64,000 bases of DNA. It comes from an uncultured Bacilli bacterium (GTDB taxonomy: Bacteria > Bacillota_I > Bacilli_A > RF39 > UBA660). Position numbers and translations under genes: made by a program. The stretch covers positions 32,349 through 96,348 of the forward strand of contig CAJUKB010000002.1 of the NCBI GenBank assembly GCA_910587325.1. The letters run 5' to 3'. Positions 20,500-30,368 of the stretch are shown here, in pieces (position 1 is the stretch's first letter; each line of letters opens with the position of its first letter). The notes below the pieces were generated by a model. It was not told where the DNA came from. It saw nothing but the letters and a program-made list of their open reading frames with translations, and ran no database searches.

Positions 20500-21897
20500 T
20501 TATTCTCCCAATCTTTCTAAAATAGTTTCTTTCCCTAATAAATAGAGAACATCTAATAAATTAGGTCCACGCATAATCCCCGTTGTCGCAATACGGATTG
20601 GCATATACAGTAGATTTCCTGTAACTCCACTTTGTTCTTCTACTTGCTTAAGTATTTTTGCTACTTCTTCTAAGTTCCAATCGCTTGTACTTTCTATTTC
20701 GTTCTTAAATATTCTTAACGTATTTTCAATACTAACATCACTTTTTAAGAATGCAATACATTCTTCCTCCAATTCTAGATTGCTTATAAAAAACATATGA
20801 GCAGTCAAGGCTATTTCAGAAGCAAAATTCAAACGATTTTTATAAAGTAATAATAAATGGTTTATCCAATCTTCTCCTTTTCCTTCTACATTGTAAAACT
20901 TCTCTAAATAAGGGCGTACAAAGTCAACATACTCATTATCTGTCATTTCTTTTAAATAATGGCGATTAAACCATTCTAACTTTTTAATATCAAAATGACT
21001 AGGACGTTTGTTTATATTTTCTATTTTAAATTCTCTTACAAGTTCTTCCATTGTAAAAAATTCTTTTGTGGATTTAGAACTCCAACCTAAAAGAGCAATA
21101 TAGTTTAAAATAGCCTCTTTTAAAAATCCTTGTGCCAGTAAATCTGTTAAGTTATCAAAGGTATTGGCTATAATTCTAGGAATATGAATAAATTCAGGAG
21201 TTGGAAATCCTAAAGCCTCATATAGTAAAAGATATTTAGGAGTACTGGTTAAAAACTTAGAACTACTTGTAACATGAGTAATATTAAATAAGGCATCATC
21301 TAGAACACTCGCAAAGTTATAAGTAGGTGTTCCATCACTTTTGATTAAGATTTGGTCTTCTAAACAAGCATTTGGAGTTGTAACATCTCCATACACTAAA
21401 TCATGGAAAGTTGTTTGTCCTTCTTTTGAGAATGCTTCACGAATAACATATTTTTCTTCAATTAATATTTTACGACGTGCTTCATCTCTTGGAAAATTCC
21501 TACATGTTCCATCGTACATATAAGAAGTTTTAGCTTCACTTGCTTCTAATCTTTTCCTATTTAACTCTTCTTTTGTACAAAAACAATAATAGGCTTTCCC
21601 TCGTTTAATTAACTTCTCAGCATAGTTTTTATAAATATCTAAACGTTCACTTTGAATATAAGAAGTATTTTCCACTTCTTTTTTAGGTCCTTCATCATAA
21701 ACTAGTCCAAAGGTATTTAATGTATTGTAAATGGATTCTTCTGCTTCTAAATTGTATAGATTTTGGTTGGCGTCGTCTATTCTTAAAAGAAATTCTCCAC
21801 CCTCTTTTTTGGCAATTAAATAGGCAAATAAAGCATTTCGCAAATCTTCTATATCCATTCTATGAACAGGTGTCATAGCAAATCTTGTTCTAGTCAT
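20500..21897 (-). CDS. glutamyl-tRNA synthetase homolog with degenerate catalytic motifs
   Basis: Full-length similarity to bacterial GluRS includes YIQSERLDIYK, KSDGTPTYNFA and the anticodon-binding C-terminus MPIRIATTG. However HIGH reads RMDI, RGEDH reads SSSKF and KLSKR reads NLTD. Confidence 0.8.
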   Translation of the reverse strand: MTRTRFAMTPVHRMDIEDLRNALFAYLIAKKEGGEFLLRIDDANQNLYNLEAEESIYNTLNTFGLVYDEGPKKEVENTSYIQSERLDIYKNYAEKLIKRGKAYYCFCTKEELNRKRLEASEAKTSYMYDGTCRNFPRDEARRKILIEEKYVIREAFSKEGQTTFHDLVYGDVTTPNACLEDQILIKSDGTPTYNFASVLDDALFNITHVTSSSKFLTSTPKYLLLYEALGFPTPEFIHIPRIIANTFDNLTDLLAQGFLKEAILNYIALLGWSSKSTKEFFTMEELVREFKIENINKRPSHFDIKKLEWFNRHYLKEMTDNEYVDFVRPYLEKFYNVEGKGEDWINHLLLLYKNRLNFASEIALTAHMFFISNLELEEECIAFLKSDVSIENTLRIFKNEIESTSDWNLEEVAKILKQVEEQSGVTGNLLYMPIRIATTGIMRGPNLLDVLYLLGKETILERLGE

Positions 21898-21932
21898 AAA
21901 AAGGCCTCTTTTCTACTCTTTTTTCTACATTA

Positions 21933-21962
21933 AGTATACCACAAAGGTGTATTTTTTTCTTT
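21933..21962 (-). promoter_or_regulatory. candidate extended -10 promoter for the GluRS-like gene
   Basis: On the minus strand TGTGGTATACT (TGn followed by TATACT) lies about 35 nt upstream of the start. The -35 is weak. Confidence 0.35.
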
Positions 21963-22094
21963 ATAAAGAGAAAAAAATAGCTTAGAAAGCGTTCTAAACT
22001 ATTTTTATAAAATTATTTATGCTTTGACCATAAATAAGAAATTGTAATAATTCTAAATTGCAATCAACTTATTACTAATTCATCATATCATACC

Positions 22095-24251
22095 TTAAAG
22101 TGGAATTTCAATATCAATTTCATTATTGTATTTTAAAATTAAATTTTTTAAATTACGAAGACCAAATTTTTCACACTCTGCTTCTTTTTTGATTTGAGAA
22201 AATTTAATCTTTTTATTAGTTAAATTCTTTTTGGTATATTCTTTTAAGACTGCCTCAGGCAAGTTTTCAAACGTAATAACATCCGTAAATCTTCCTAGAA
22301 ATTCTTTACTAAAAGTTTCAGGCAAGGTGTTATTCTCTTTGTTTGTAAATCCTACACTATTACTTGCTACAACATTGCTAGTCATAAAAAGCATAGTGTT
22401 GGTAAAATCAATTTTTTCTCCCTTAGCACTTGTAACAAAACCTTCATCCATTATTTGTAAAAATAAGTTTAATACACGAGGATGGGCTTTTTCAATCTCA
22501 TCTACTAAGATAATGGAATAAGGATTATCTAATACACTTCTAAAAATATAAGCATCTTCATACCCCACATAACCAGCACTGACTCCAATTAGTTTATTCA
22601 CAGAAGTATCAAGATTGTATTCACTCATATCTAGGCGAATTAATTTGCTTTTTGGAATACTTTTGGAAATTAATTTTACGCTTTCCGTTTTTCCAACTCC
22701 GCTTGGTCCATTTAAAAGTAAGGTCAGTGGTTTTTCTGTATTGTTTAGTTTAAGCCAAACATTTTGTAAAATCTTTGCTATGGCTCTTTCTTGTCCTAAA
22801 ATATTACTAACTAAGTTCTTTTTAATGTTTTTAAATAACTTTTCTTTATTTTCTAACATAGGAATATTGGTTTTCTTTTCAATTGTTTCTAAAATATCTT
22901 GTTTCGTAATGGTATTGCATTTTTTGCTTGCTTTCTTTTCGAGTTGTAATGCTAGTAAATTTTCTTGTTCTTTACATCTCGTTGCTACGTCATAATCATT
23001 TTTCTTTATAGCTTCTTTCTTTTCTTCTTTTATCATTTCTAATTTTTTATTGAGTGCAACAAGTTCTTTAAATGAAATATCTTTTACTTTTTGTCTAGCG
23101 CAAATCATATCAAGTAAATCAATTGACTTATCCGGATTGCTTTTGGTTTTGATGTATTTGTCTGCAAGAGATACTATATCCTCTATATTTTCTTCACTAA
23201 TGACTAAATGATGATGACGTTCGTATTCTTCTTTCACTCCAAGTAAAATACTCTTGGTTTTTTCTAAATCTGGTTCACTAACTTGGATGGCATAGAAACG
23301 TCTTTCTAAGGCTTTGTCTTTATAAATGGAATTATAGTACTCCTCTGTTGTTGTAGCTCCAATACATTTGATTTCTCCTCTAGCAAGATAAGGTTTTAGA
23401 ATATCGGAGGCATTAATAGCACCTTCTGCTCCTCCGGCATTAATCATTGTATGAATTTCATCTATAAATAAAATAATATCCCCATTTTCCATAACTTCTT
23501 TAATGATTTTCGTTAAACGTTCTTCAAATTCTCCACGATATTTTGTTCCAGAAACTAAAGAACCCATTTCTAGCATTACAATCGTTTTATTTAAAAGTTC
23601 ATGTGGGACTAGGCCTTTATTTATTCTTCTTGCAAGTTCTTCCACAATCGCCGTTTTTCCAACTCCAGCACGACCTATAAGCAAAGGATTGCTTTTTTTC
23701 TTTCGAAGAAGAGCTTCAATTACTAAAGCGATTTCCTCTTCTCTTCCAAGCACGCTTTCATGTTCATCCACGCTTTTATTTAAGTTATTGCCAATTTCCA
23801 TAATTTCTAATTTATCATTTTTATTTCTCACTAAACTAAATTTTAGCTCTTCATAAAGACTATCCAAATCAATATCTAAACCAAGCATAATTCTAATGGC
23901 TATTCCTTCGCCTTCTTCTAGCATAGCCAAAAATAAGTGTCTTTCTGTTACTTTGCCTTTATTATTCTCATTAGCATCATTGGTAGCATTCTCTATAATT
24001 CTCTTTAAAAGAGGAGTGTATAAAACAAAATCGGTATCTTTGTTTGATGTGCCAACAACATTGATAAGTTCACTTTTAAAAATTTCAAAAGTAAGTCCAT
24101 AAAACTTTAATTTTTTACTTACTTCGTTTTCTCCATCTAATAAGGCAAGTAATAAGTGTTCACTTCCTACGTAGGGGTGTTTAAGACTTTTGCGTAATTT
24201 TTCTGCTTTTTTAAAAATTCCTGCTATTTCAATTCCATAATTATCAAACAT
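22095..24251 (-). CDS. clpC: ClpC-like AAA+ ATPase with two Clp_N repeats and two AAA modules
   Basis: A double Clp_N repeat is followed by Walker A GRAGVGKT, a second Walker A GPSGVGKT and a VGF ClpP-docking loop. At 718 aa it is shorter than typical ClpC. Confidence 0.75.
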   Translation of the reverse strand: MFDNYGIEIAGIFKKAEKLRKSLKHPYVGSEHLLLALLDGENEVSKKLKFYGLTFEIFKSELINVVGTSNKDTDFVLYTPLLKRIIENATNDANENNKGKVTERHLFLAMLEEGEGIAIRIMLGLDIDLDSLYEELKFSLVRNKNDKLEIMEIGNNLNKSVDEHESVLGREEEIALVIEALLRKKKSNPLLIGRAGVGKTAIVEELARRINKGLVPHELLNKTIVMLEMGSLVSGTKYRGEFEERLTKIIKEVMENGDIILFIDEIHTMINAGGAEGAINASDILKPYLARGEIKCIGATTTEEYYNSIYKDKALERRFYAIQVSEPDLEKTKSILLGVKEEYERHHHLVISEENIEDIVSLADKYIKTKSNPDKSIDLLDMICARQKVKDISFKELVALNKKLEMIKEEKKEAIKKNDYDVATRCKEQENLLALQLEKKASKKCNTITKQDILETIEKKTNIPMLENKEKLFKNIKKNLVSNILGQERAIAKILQNVWLKLNNTEKPLTLLLNGPSGVGKTESVKLISKSIPKSKLIRLDMSEYNLDTSVNKLIGVSAGYVGYEDAYIFRSVLDNPYSIILVDEIEKAHPRVLNLFLQIMDEGFVTSAKGEKIDFTNTMLFMTSNVVASNSVGFTNKENNTLPETFSKEFLGRFTDVITFENLPEAVLKEYTKKNLTNKKIKFSQIKKEAECEKFGLRNLKNLILKYNNEIDIEIPL

Positions 24252-24327
24252 AATATCCTCCTAATTTATTCTATGTAAATTATGTTTGAAATAGGAGAAT
24301 TTTATGCAAAAGAAAAAAATTTACCTT

Positions 24328-24690
24328 TTCCTATAACCATTTTCCTTTTTAATTATTTCTCGAATTAGTTCTTTTTCTCCTATTTTATTAATTACTTTAG
24401 TAACATTTTCATAAAGACACATCCATTTTTCTCTTCTTTGAAATTCAAACTCAATTTGTTTTTGTTCTTTTTCTGTAGGTACATAAAAATCTTCTTTTTT
24501 TAAAGTTTCTTCGCTAGCATCATATAAATATCCATCTATATCCCTAAAAACACAATGATAATGTTTAATTTTTTTATCTATTAATAGAATTACATTTGGA
24601 AAATATGTTTGTACTATTTTTACTAATTCATAACAGCCACCATTTAAATACGCTTCCCTTGCTTCTTCTATATTGCCTTTACTTCATCTA
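24328..24690 (-). pseudogene. open frame of about 120 codons without a usable start codon, a possible gene remnant
   Basis: The minus-strand frame SKGNIEEAREAYLNGGCYELVK...KENGYRKR is open from an in-frame TGA to a TAA. There is no ATG, GTG or TTG near its 5' end. Confidence 0.25.
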
Positions 24691-24747
24691 TATTAATACT
24701 ATAACAAAAAATATTTTAAGAAAAGCCAAAAAAAAATTAGTCTATTT

Positions 24748-25089
24748 CTAAACTAATTCTAATCTCACTTCTAAAGCATCGTCGCCGATTCTTTCTTTTA
24801 ATTTAATAATTCTTGTATATCCACCATTACGGGTTTCATACCTACTCGCAAGCTCATTAAATACTTTATCAACACATTCTTTGTTGTTATAAACAAATGC
24901 AAGTGCTTTTCTACGAGATACTAATGTCCCGCGTTTTCCATAAGTAATCATTTTATCAACAAACTTACGAACTTCTTTGGCTTTTGCTTCTGTAGTTGTA
25001 ATTCCCTCATTTAAAATTACATCAACAGTAAGTCCTGCAAAAACACTATGTCTTTGTCTTGTTTCTCTTCCAATTTTTCTATATGCCAT
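24748..25089 (-). CDS. rplQ: 50S ribosomal protein L17
   Basis: The N-terminus MAYRKIGRETRQR fits L17 and the gene ends the alpha operon. Confidence 0.9.
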   Translation of the reverse strand: MAYRKIGRETRQRHSVFAGLTVDVILNEGITTTEAKAKEVRKFVDKMITYGKRGTLVSRRKALAFVYNNKECVDKVFNELASRYETRNGGYTRIIKLKERIGDDALEVRLELV

Positions 25090-25100
25090 AAAAATCCTCC

Positions 25101-26045
25101 TTACTCGTGGAATTTAAGTCCCATTTCTACAACTTTGTCTAAAACTTCTTTTAATGATTTTTTACCTAAGTTGCGAATTTTGGTAACTTCCACTTCTCTT
25201 TTTGAAATTAAATCTTGAACAGTATGAATGCCAGCTCTTTTTAAACAGTTATATGCTCTTACAGAAAATTCAATTTCTTCAATTGGTGTTTCTAATGTTT
25301 TGGTAATGGTATCCACTTTCTTTTCAGCCATTAATCCTGAAATATCACTAATTGCATTTAAGTCTGCTACAATATTAAAATGCTCAATTAAAATCTTAGC
25401 AGATAGTGCCATTGCTTCTTCTGGTGTAATGCTTCCATTCGTATTGATTTTCATAATTAATTTATCGTAATTTTCGTTATGTCCAACACGAGCATTTTCT
25501 GTTTCATAAGCCACTTTTTCAACAGGTGAATATAGAGAGTCAATTGCAATAACACCCACTTTTTTACTGTCAAGTAATGATTGATTCTCTTTAGCGTCTA
25601 CATAACCTTTACCAGTAGATACGGTTAATTCCATATCAATTTTTCCACCTTCTACAAGATTACAAATAACTAAGTCTTTATTAATAATTTCTAAGTCCGC
25701 ATCTACTTCAATATCTCCAGCTAATACTGGCCCTGGAGTAGATTTAGATAAATGTACTACCTTATCTTCTTCTGTGTGATTTTTAAGAACCACACTTTTA
25801 AGAGCTAAAATAATACTTGTAACGTCTTCATATACTCCTTCAATTTTTTGAAATTCATGAAGAACACCTTCAATTTTAACACTTGTAAATGCACATCCAG
25901 GAAGACTTGATAACATCACTCTTCTTAAGGCATTTCCAATTGTCGTTCCAAATCCTCTTTCTAAAGGTTCAAGTGTGAATTCTCCATAATGAGAATCTGT
26001 TGCATACTCTGTTATTTTGTATTCTGGTTTTTCAAATTTAATCAT
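25101..26045 (-). CDS. rpoA: DNA-directed RNA polymerase alpha subunit
   Basis: It is 314 aa with N-terminal and C-terminal alpha domains and follows rpsK. Confidence 0.9.
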   Translation of the reverse strand: MIKFEKPEYKITEYATDSHYGEFTLEPLERGFGTTIGNALRRVMLSSLPGCAFTSVKIEGVLHEFQKIEGVYEDVTSIILALKSVVLKNHTEEDKVVHLSKSTPGPVLAGDIEVDADLEIINKDLVICNLVEGGKIDMELTVSTGKGYVDAKENQSLLDSKKVGVIAIDSLYSPVEKVAYETENARVGHNENYDKLIMKINTNGSITPEEAMALSAKILIEHFNIVADLNAISDISGLMAEKKVDTITKTLETPIEEIEFSVRAYNCLKRAGIHTVQDLISKREVEVTKIRNLGKKSLKEVLDKVVEMGLKFHE

Positions 26046-26069
26046 TTCTACATTTTTTCCTTTCCAACA

Positions 26070-26456
26070 TTAATTTCTAGGACGTTTTGGTGGACGGCAA
26101 CCATTATGAGGTACTGGAGTTTTATCATTAATACTGATTACTTCTAATCCTGCTGCTTGTAATGAACGGATTGCAGTGTCTTTTCCTGAACCAAGTCCCA
26201 TAACTTCAACATCAACTTTTTTAACCCCCGCATTATCCATTGCAGATTTAGCAGCAGCCTCAGCAGCCATTCCTGCAGCATATGGAGTTTTCTTTTTACT
26301 TCCCTTGTAACCGATTGTTCCAGAAGATGCCCAACTAATTACGTTTCCATCTTTTTCAGCAATGGTAACAATTGTGTTGTTGTATGTACATTGAATGTGT
26401 GCAACAGCCTCAGGAATATTTTTCTTAACTTTTCTTTTTCTTCTGTTATATGCCAT
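26070..26456 (-). CDS. rpsK: 30S ribosomal protein S11
   Basis: Conserved S11 sequence and position. Confidence 0.9.
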   Translation of the reverse strand: MAYNRRKRKVKKNIPEAVAHIQCTYNNTIVTIAEKDGNVISWASSGTIGYKGSKKKTPYAAGMAAEAAAKSAMDNAGVKKVDVEVMGLGSGKDTAIRSLQAAGLEVISINDKTPVPHNGCRPPKRPRN

Positions 26457-26466
26457 GTTTTACCTC

Positions 26467-26841
26467 CTATTTACCTACTTTTTTCTTATTTGCTACTACT
26501 TTACCTTTACCTTTACGAGTACGAGCATTTCTACTTGTTCTTTGGCCTCTTACTGGTAAACCTTTTTTATGTCTAATTCCTTGGTAGCAATTGATTTCCA
26601 TTTTATTTTTAATAGACATTTGAACATCACGACGTAAATCTCCTTCTACATCGTATTTGTCTATTTCTTTACGAAGTCTCGCAATTTCATCGTCCGTTAA
26701 GTCTTTGATTTTTTTTGTTGGATCAACACTCGCTTCTTCACAAAGTGTTTTTGCAAGGCTTCTACCTATACCATAGATAGCAGTTAGTCCAATACAAACG
26801 TGTTTTTCGTTTGGTAATTCAATATTTTTAATTCTTGCCAT
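26467..26841 (-). CDS. rpsM: 30S ribosomal protein S13
   Basis: The N-terminus [15 protein letters not shown] fits S13. Confidence 0.9.
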   Translation of the reverse strand: MARIKNIELPNEKHVCIGLTAIYGIGRSLAKTLCEEASVDPTKKIKDLTDDEIARLRKEIDKYDVEGDLRRDVQMSIKNKMEINCYQGIRHKKGLPVRGQRTSRNARTRKGKGKVVANKKKVGK

Positions 26842-26851
26842 AAATACCTCC

Positions 26852-26968
26852 TATTTTCCTTGGGTTTGTTTGTGTTTTGGATTTTCACAAATAACCATTA
26901 ATTTTCCTTTTCTTCTTATTTTTTTACACTTATTGCATATCGGTTTTACTGATGGTCTCTTTTTCATA
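26852..26968 (-). CDS. rpmJ: 50S ribosomal protein L36
   Basis: A 38-aa [41 protein letters not shown], below the ORF-track length cutoff, lies between infA and rpsM. Confidence 0.85.
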
Positions 26969-26982
26969 ATTATTTACCTCCA

Positions 26983-27258
26983 TTATCTTTTGTTCCATGT
27001 TATGCGCCCACGTGTTAAGTCGTAAGGCGAAAGTTCTATTGTTACTGTATCACCTGGTAGAATACGTATCATATTAACGCGCATTTTACCAGAAACGTAG
27101 GCCTCTACAGTATGTCCATTTGGTAATTCTACAATGTAGTCTCCACCTTTTACAACATCAACTACTTTACCTTCTACTTCAATTTTATCACTATTTTGAC
27201 CTGCTTTTACGTTTGAAGTATTGTTATTTTTTTTCATTTGATTATTTTTTTTCGCCAT
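26983..27258 (-). CDS. infA: translation initiation factor IF-1 with an N-terminal Asn/Lys-rich extension
   Basis: The S1-like core [34 protein letters not shown] is present. AGGAGA lies 6 nt upstream of the first ATG. Confidence 0.85.
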   Translation of the reverse strand: MAKKNNQMKKNNNTSNVKAGQNSDKIEVEGKVVDVVKGGDYIVELPNGHTVEAYVSGKMRVNMIRILPGDTVTIELSPYDLTRGRITWNKR

Positions 27259-27260
27259 AT

Positions 27261-28010
27261 TTATTCTCCTGTTAATATTTCATATCCATTTTCTGTTACA
27301 ACTACAGTATGTTCAAAATGTGCAGACGGACTTTCATCCATAGTTACAATCACCCAGTCGTCTTGGTCAGTCAAACAAACTTCTTTTCCTCCAAGTGTTA
27401 GCATGGGTTCAATTGCAATTGTCATGCCACTCTTTAGTGTTACGCCTGTATTAGCTTCTCCAAAATTTGGAACATCGGGTTCTTCGTGCATATTTGTTCC
27501 TATGCCATGTCCCACTAAATCTTCTACAACACCTAAACCTTTACTATGAGCAAATTCTTCAATTGCATGACTTATGTCTCCTATTTTAACACCACTTTTT
27601 ACTTTACTCAAGCCTATGTTTAAGGCTTCACGAGTATTTTCTACTAAGTTTTTTATATCACGAGGTACATCCCCAACAATATAAGTTCTAGCAGAATCGG
27701 ATTCGTATCCTTTGTATCTTACACAGAAATCAATGGATACAATATCACCATTTTTGATTTTCCTTTTTCCGGGAATTCCATGTACTACTTCATCGTTTAT
27801 GGATACACAGATACTTTTAGGGAATCCTTCGTATCCTAAACAAGAAGGGGTACAATCATTTTTTAATATAAAATCATGAGCAATTTTATCTAACTCTTCT
27901 GTTTTGACTCCTGGTTTTAGATATTTTTTGATTTCTTCATGAGTTAAGTAATTAATATGTCCAGCATGTCGCATGAGTTCTATTTCACGTTCACTTTTAA
28001 TACTAATCAT
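27261..28010 (-). CDS. map: type I methionine aminopeptidase
   Basis: Metal-binding residues sit in a conserved pita-bread fold. Length is 249 aa. Confidence 0.9.
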   Translation of the reverse strand: MISIKSEREIELMRHAGHINYLTHEEIKKYLKPGVKTEELDKIAHDFILKNDCTPSCLGYEGFPKSICVSINDEVVHGIPGKRKIKNGDIVSIDFCVRYKGYESDSARTYIVGDVPRDIKNLVENTREALNIGLSKVKSGVKIGDISHAIEEFAHSKGLGVVEDLVGHGIGTNMHEEPDVPNFGEANTGVTLKSGMTIAIEPMLTLGGKEVCLTDQDDWVIVTMDESPSAHFEHTVVVTENGYEILTGE

Positions 28011-28661
28011 TTACTCACTTCCTAAAATCTTTTCTACATCACTTATAATTTTATCCTTCGTCCCTTTGGCATCGACTCTTTTTAACAAACCTTTTTCTTG
28101 GTAATAGTGAATAAGGGGTTCTGTTTCTTTTGTATATGTTTTTAAACGACTTCTAAATGTCTCTAGTGTATCGTCTTCTCTTTGGATTAGTTCTTTATGA
28201 CATTGGTCACATATACCTAGAACATTTGGTTTGAAGTTATCAAAGTAAATATTGTAACTTGCACCACATTCACATATCCTTCTTCCAACGGCTCTTTTTT
28301 CAAGTACAGCCTCATCAATTACCATGTTAATAACTACATAGTTATTAACATTAAGTTCTTGGAATAAGTTTGTTAAATAATCGGCTTGTTCTATTTTTCT
28401 TGGCATGCCATCGAGAATAAAAGGTTTATCTTTTAATTTCATAAGTTCTTCTTTAAATAAAGGAAGAATAATGTCGTCACCGATAAATTTTCCTTCTTTT
28501 AAAAGTCTCTTTATATTTATGCCCACTTCTGTGTCTAGTTTGGCGACATTTCTTAAGATATCTCCCGTTGAAATATGCTCGTAACCATGGTTTTTAACTA
28601 AATGATCACTAATAGTTCCCTTGCCTGCGGCAGGGGGAGCGATAAAGATAACGTTTTTCAC
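28011..28661 (-). CDS. adk: adenylate kinase
   Basis: The P-loop GPPAAGKGT and a CxxC...CxxC zinc lid are present. Confidence 0.9.
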   Translation of the reverse strand: MKNVIFIAPPAAGKGTISDHLVKNHGYEHISTGDILRNVAKLDTEVGINIKRLLKEGKFIGDDIILPLFKEELMKLKDKPFILDGMPRKIEQADYLTNLFQELNVNNYVVINMVIDEAVLEKRAVGRRICECGASYNIYFDNFKPNVLGICDQCHKELIQREDDTLETFRSRLKTYTKETEPLIHYYQEKGLLKRVDAKGTKDKIISDVEKILGSE

Positions 28662-29923
28662 TATCCTCTTCGTCTCCTATGCTTGTAACTTCTTGTAACA
28701 AGCCCACTTTCCATTTGTTTATAAGTTTCAATCGCAACTCCTACTACAATTAGGATTCCGGTTCCTCCAATAGTTACAGAACTCGGTAAACTTGATATAT
28801 TCCCCATCAAAATTGGAAGTCCTGATAAAATCACTAAGAATAGGGAACCTACAATGGTTAACTTACTTAATGAGTTTGAAATGTATTTAGAAGTATCAGC
28901 TCCAGGTCTTACTCCTGGAATATAGCCGCCACGTTTATTTAAGTCTTTACTCATTTCTTCAGGATTCATCATCATAAATGTGTATACATATCCAAAGAAT
29001 AAAATTAATAAGACATATAGTACAAATCCTGTTGGAGTTGTATATACAATATATTTATTAATAAATGCAAGTGCTGCATCGCTTTTTAGAAGTCCGGCAA
29101 CCGTTGACGGAATCGTTAGGACAATCGACGCAAATATTACAGGAATAACGCCTGCACTATTAATTTTAATCGGTAAAAATGATGATTTTGCTCCATATGC
29201 GCTTGTTGTATGATTGGCATATTGAATTGGAATTCTTCTTTCGGCAATGGTTACCCAAATAATTCCTACAAGTACTAATAAGTAAATAACTAAGAATAAA
29301 ACGAATAACCCAATACCTAATGCTAAGTTATAAGTACTTGATGCAATAAAGGCATTAAAAGCTCCACTAAATATTCCTGGCATACTTTGGATAATACCTG
29401 CCATGATAAGTAAAGATGAACCATTTCCTATTCCTTTCATGGTAATTTGATCCCCTAACCATAGTAAGAAAGAAGTACCTGCTGTCATAACTAGGGAAGT
29501 TTTTAACATCACCATAACATCATTTGTATTTAAATAAAATATCGAAATGACATAGGCTTGCACAAAGGCAAATATAACTGCCAAATAACGATTGATTTTA
29601 TTAATCTTTTGTCTTCCTACATATCCTTGTTCTTTTAATTCTTTAAAGTAAGGAATGATATCCATTTGCAAAAGTTGCGTAATAATAGATGCGGTTATGT
29701 AAGGACTAACTCCTAAAGCAAAGATTGAAAAACTTCTAAGTCCTCCCCCACTCATTAGGTTAAAGATTTCTAAAAAACCTAACTCTTCGTAAAGAACACT
29801 TGCCCAAGGAATGGTAATTCCTGTTCCTAAACAAAATATTCCTAAAGCAAAAAGTGTAAAGTAAATTCTTTTTCTTAAATCTTTGTTTTCACTAGCAAAT
29901 AATTTTGCAATGTGACGGGTCAT
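28661..29923 (-). CDS. secY: preprotein translocase subunit SecY
   Basis: It has 10 transmembrane segments, is 420 aa, and sits between rplO and adk. Confidence 0.9.
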   Translation of the reverse strand: MTRHIAKLFASENKDLRKRIYFTLFALGIFCLGTGITIPWASVLYEELGFLEIFNLMSGGGLRSFSIFALGVSPYITASIITQLLQMDIIPYFKELKEQGYVGRQKINKINRYLAVIFAFVQAYVISIFYLNTNDVMVMLKTSLVMTAGTSFLLWLGDQITMKGIGNGSSLLIMAGIIQSMPGIFSGAFNAFIASSTYNLALGIGLFVLFLVIYLLVLVGIIWVTIAERRIPIQYANHTTSAYGAKSSFLPIKINSAGVIPVIFASIVLTIPSTVAGLLKSDAALAFINKYIVYTTPTGFVLYVLLILFFGYVYTFMMMNPEEMSKDLNKRGGYIPGVRPGADTSKYISNSLSKLTIVGSLFLVILSGLPILMGNISSLPSSVTIGGTGILIVVGVAIETYKQMESGLVTRSYKHRRRRG

Positions 29924-30367
29924 CTAAATCACCTCAGTTTTGCCACCTGCGGTTTCAATAGCACTTACGGCTTTTGTTGAGAAACGATTTGCTTTTACAG
30001 TTATCTTTTTCTCTAATTTTCCGTTTGCAAGCACTTTAATACCGCTTAGTTGTTTTTTAATGATTCCTCTTTCTTTTAAGATTTCAGGTGTTACAATATC
30101 ACCATCATTAAAATAAGTATTTAAATCACTTAAATTGATGCAAGCGTATTTTGTTTCAAACCTTTTATTATTGAATCCTCTTTTTGGTAATCTTCTATAT
30201 AAAGGAGATTGACCTCCTTGGAACCATGCGGATACGCTAACTCCACTTCTTGACTTTTGTCCTTTTTGTCCATGCGTAGAAGTTTTTCCCATACCGGAAC
30301 CTGGTCCTCGTCCAACAATTTTTTTGGCTTTCATTTCTTTAGACTTAGGTAAATTTTCTAATTTCAT
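29924..30367 (-). CDS. rplO: 50S ribosomal protein L15
   Basis: The start at MKLENL is preferred because GGAGGAG lies 7 nt upstream. It lies 1 nt after the rpsE stop, and no rpmD intervenes. Confidence 0.85.
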   Translation of the reverse strand: MKLENLPKSKEMKAKKIVGRGPGSGMGKTSTHGQKGQKSRSGVSVSAWFQGGQSPLYRRLPKRGFNNKRFETKYACINLSDLNTYFNDGDIVTPEILKERGIIKKQLSGIKVLANGKLEKKITVKANRFSTKAVSAIETAGGKTEVI

Positions 30368-30368
30368 A

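Noticed and set aside
30130-30318. A 62-aa ORF nested inside rplO on the same strand.
   Set aside because: It is an alternative frame inside the conserved L15 coding sequence.
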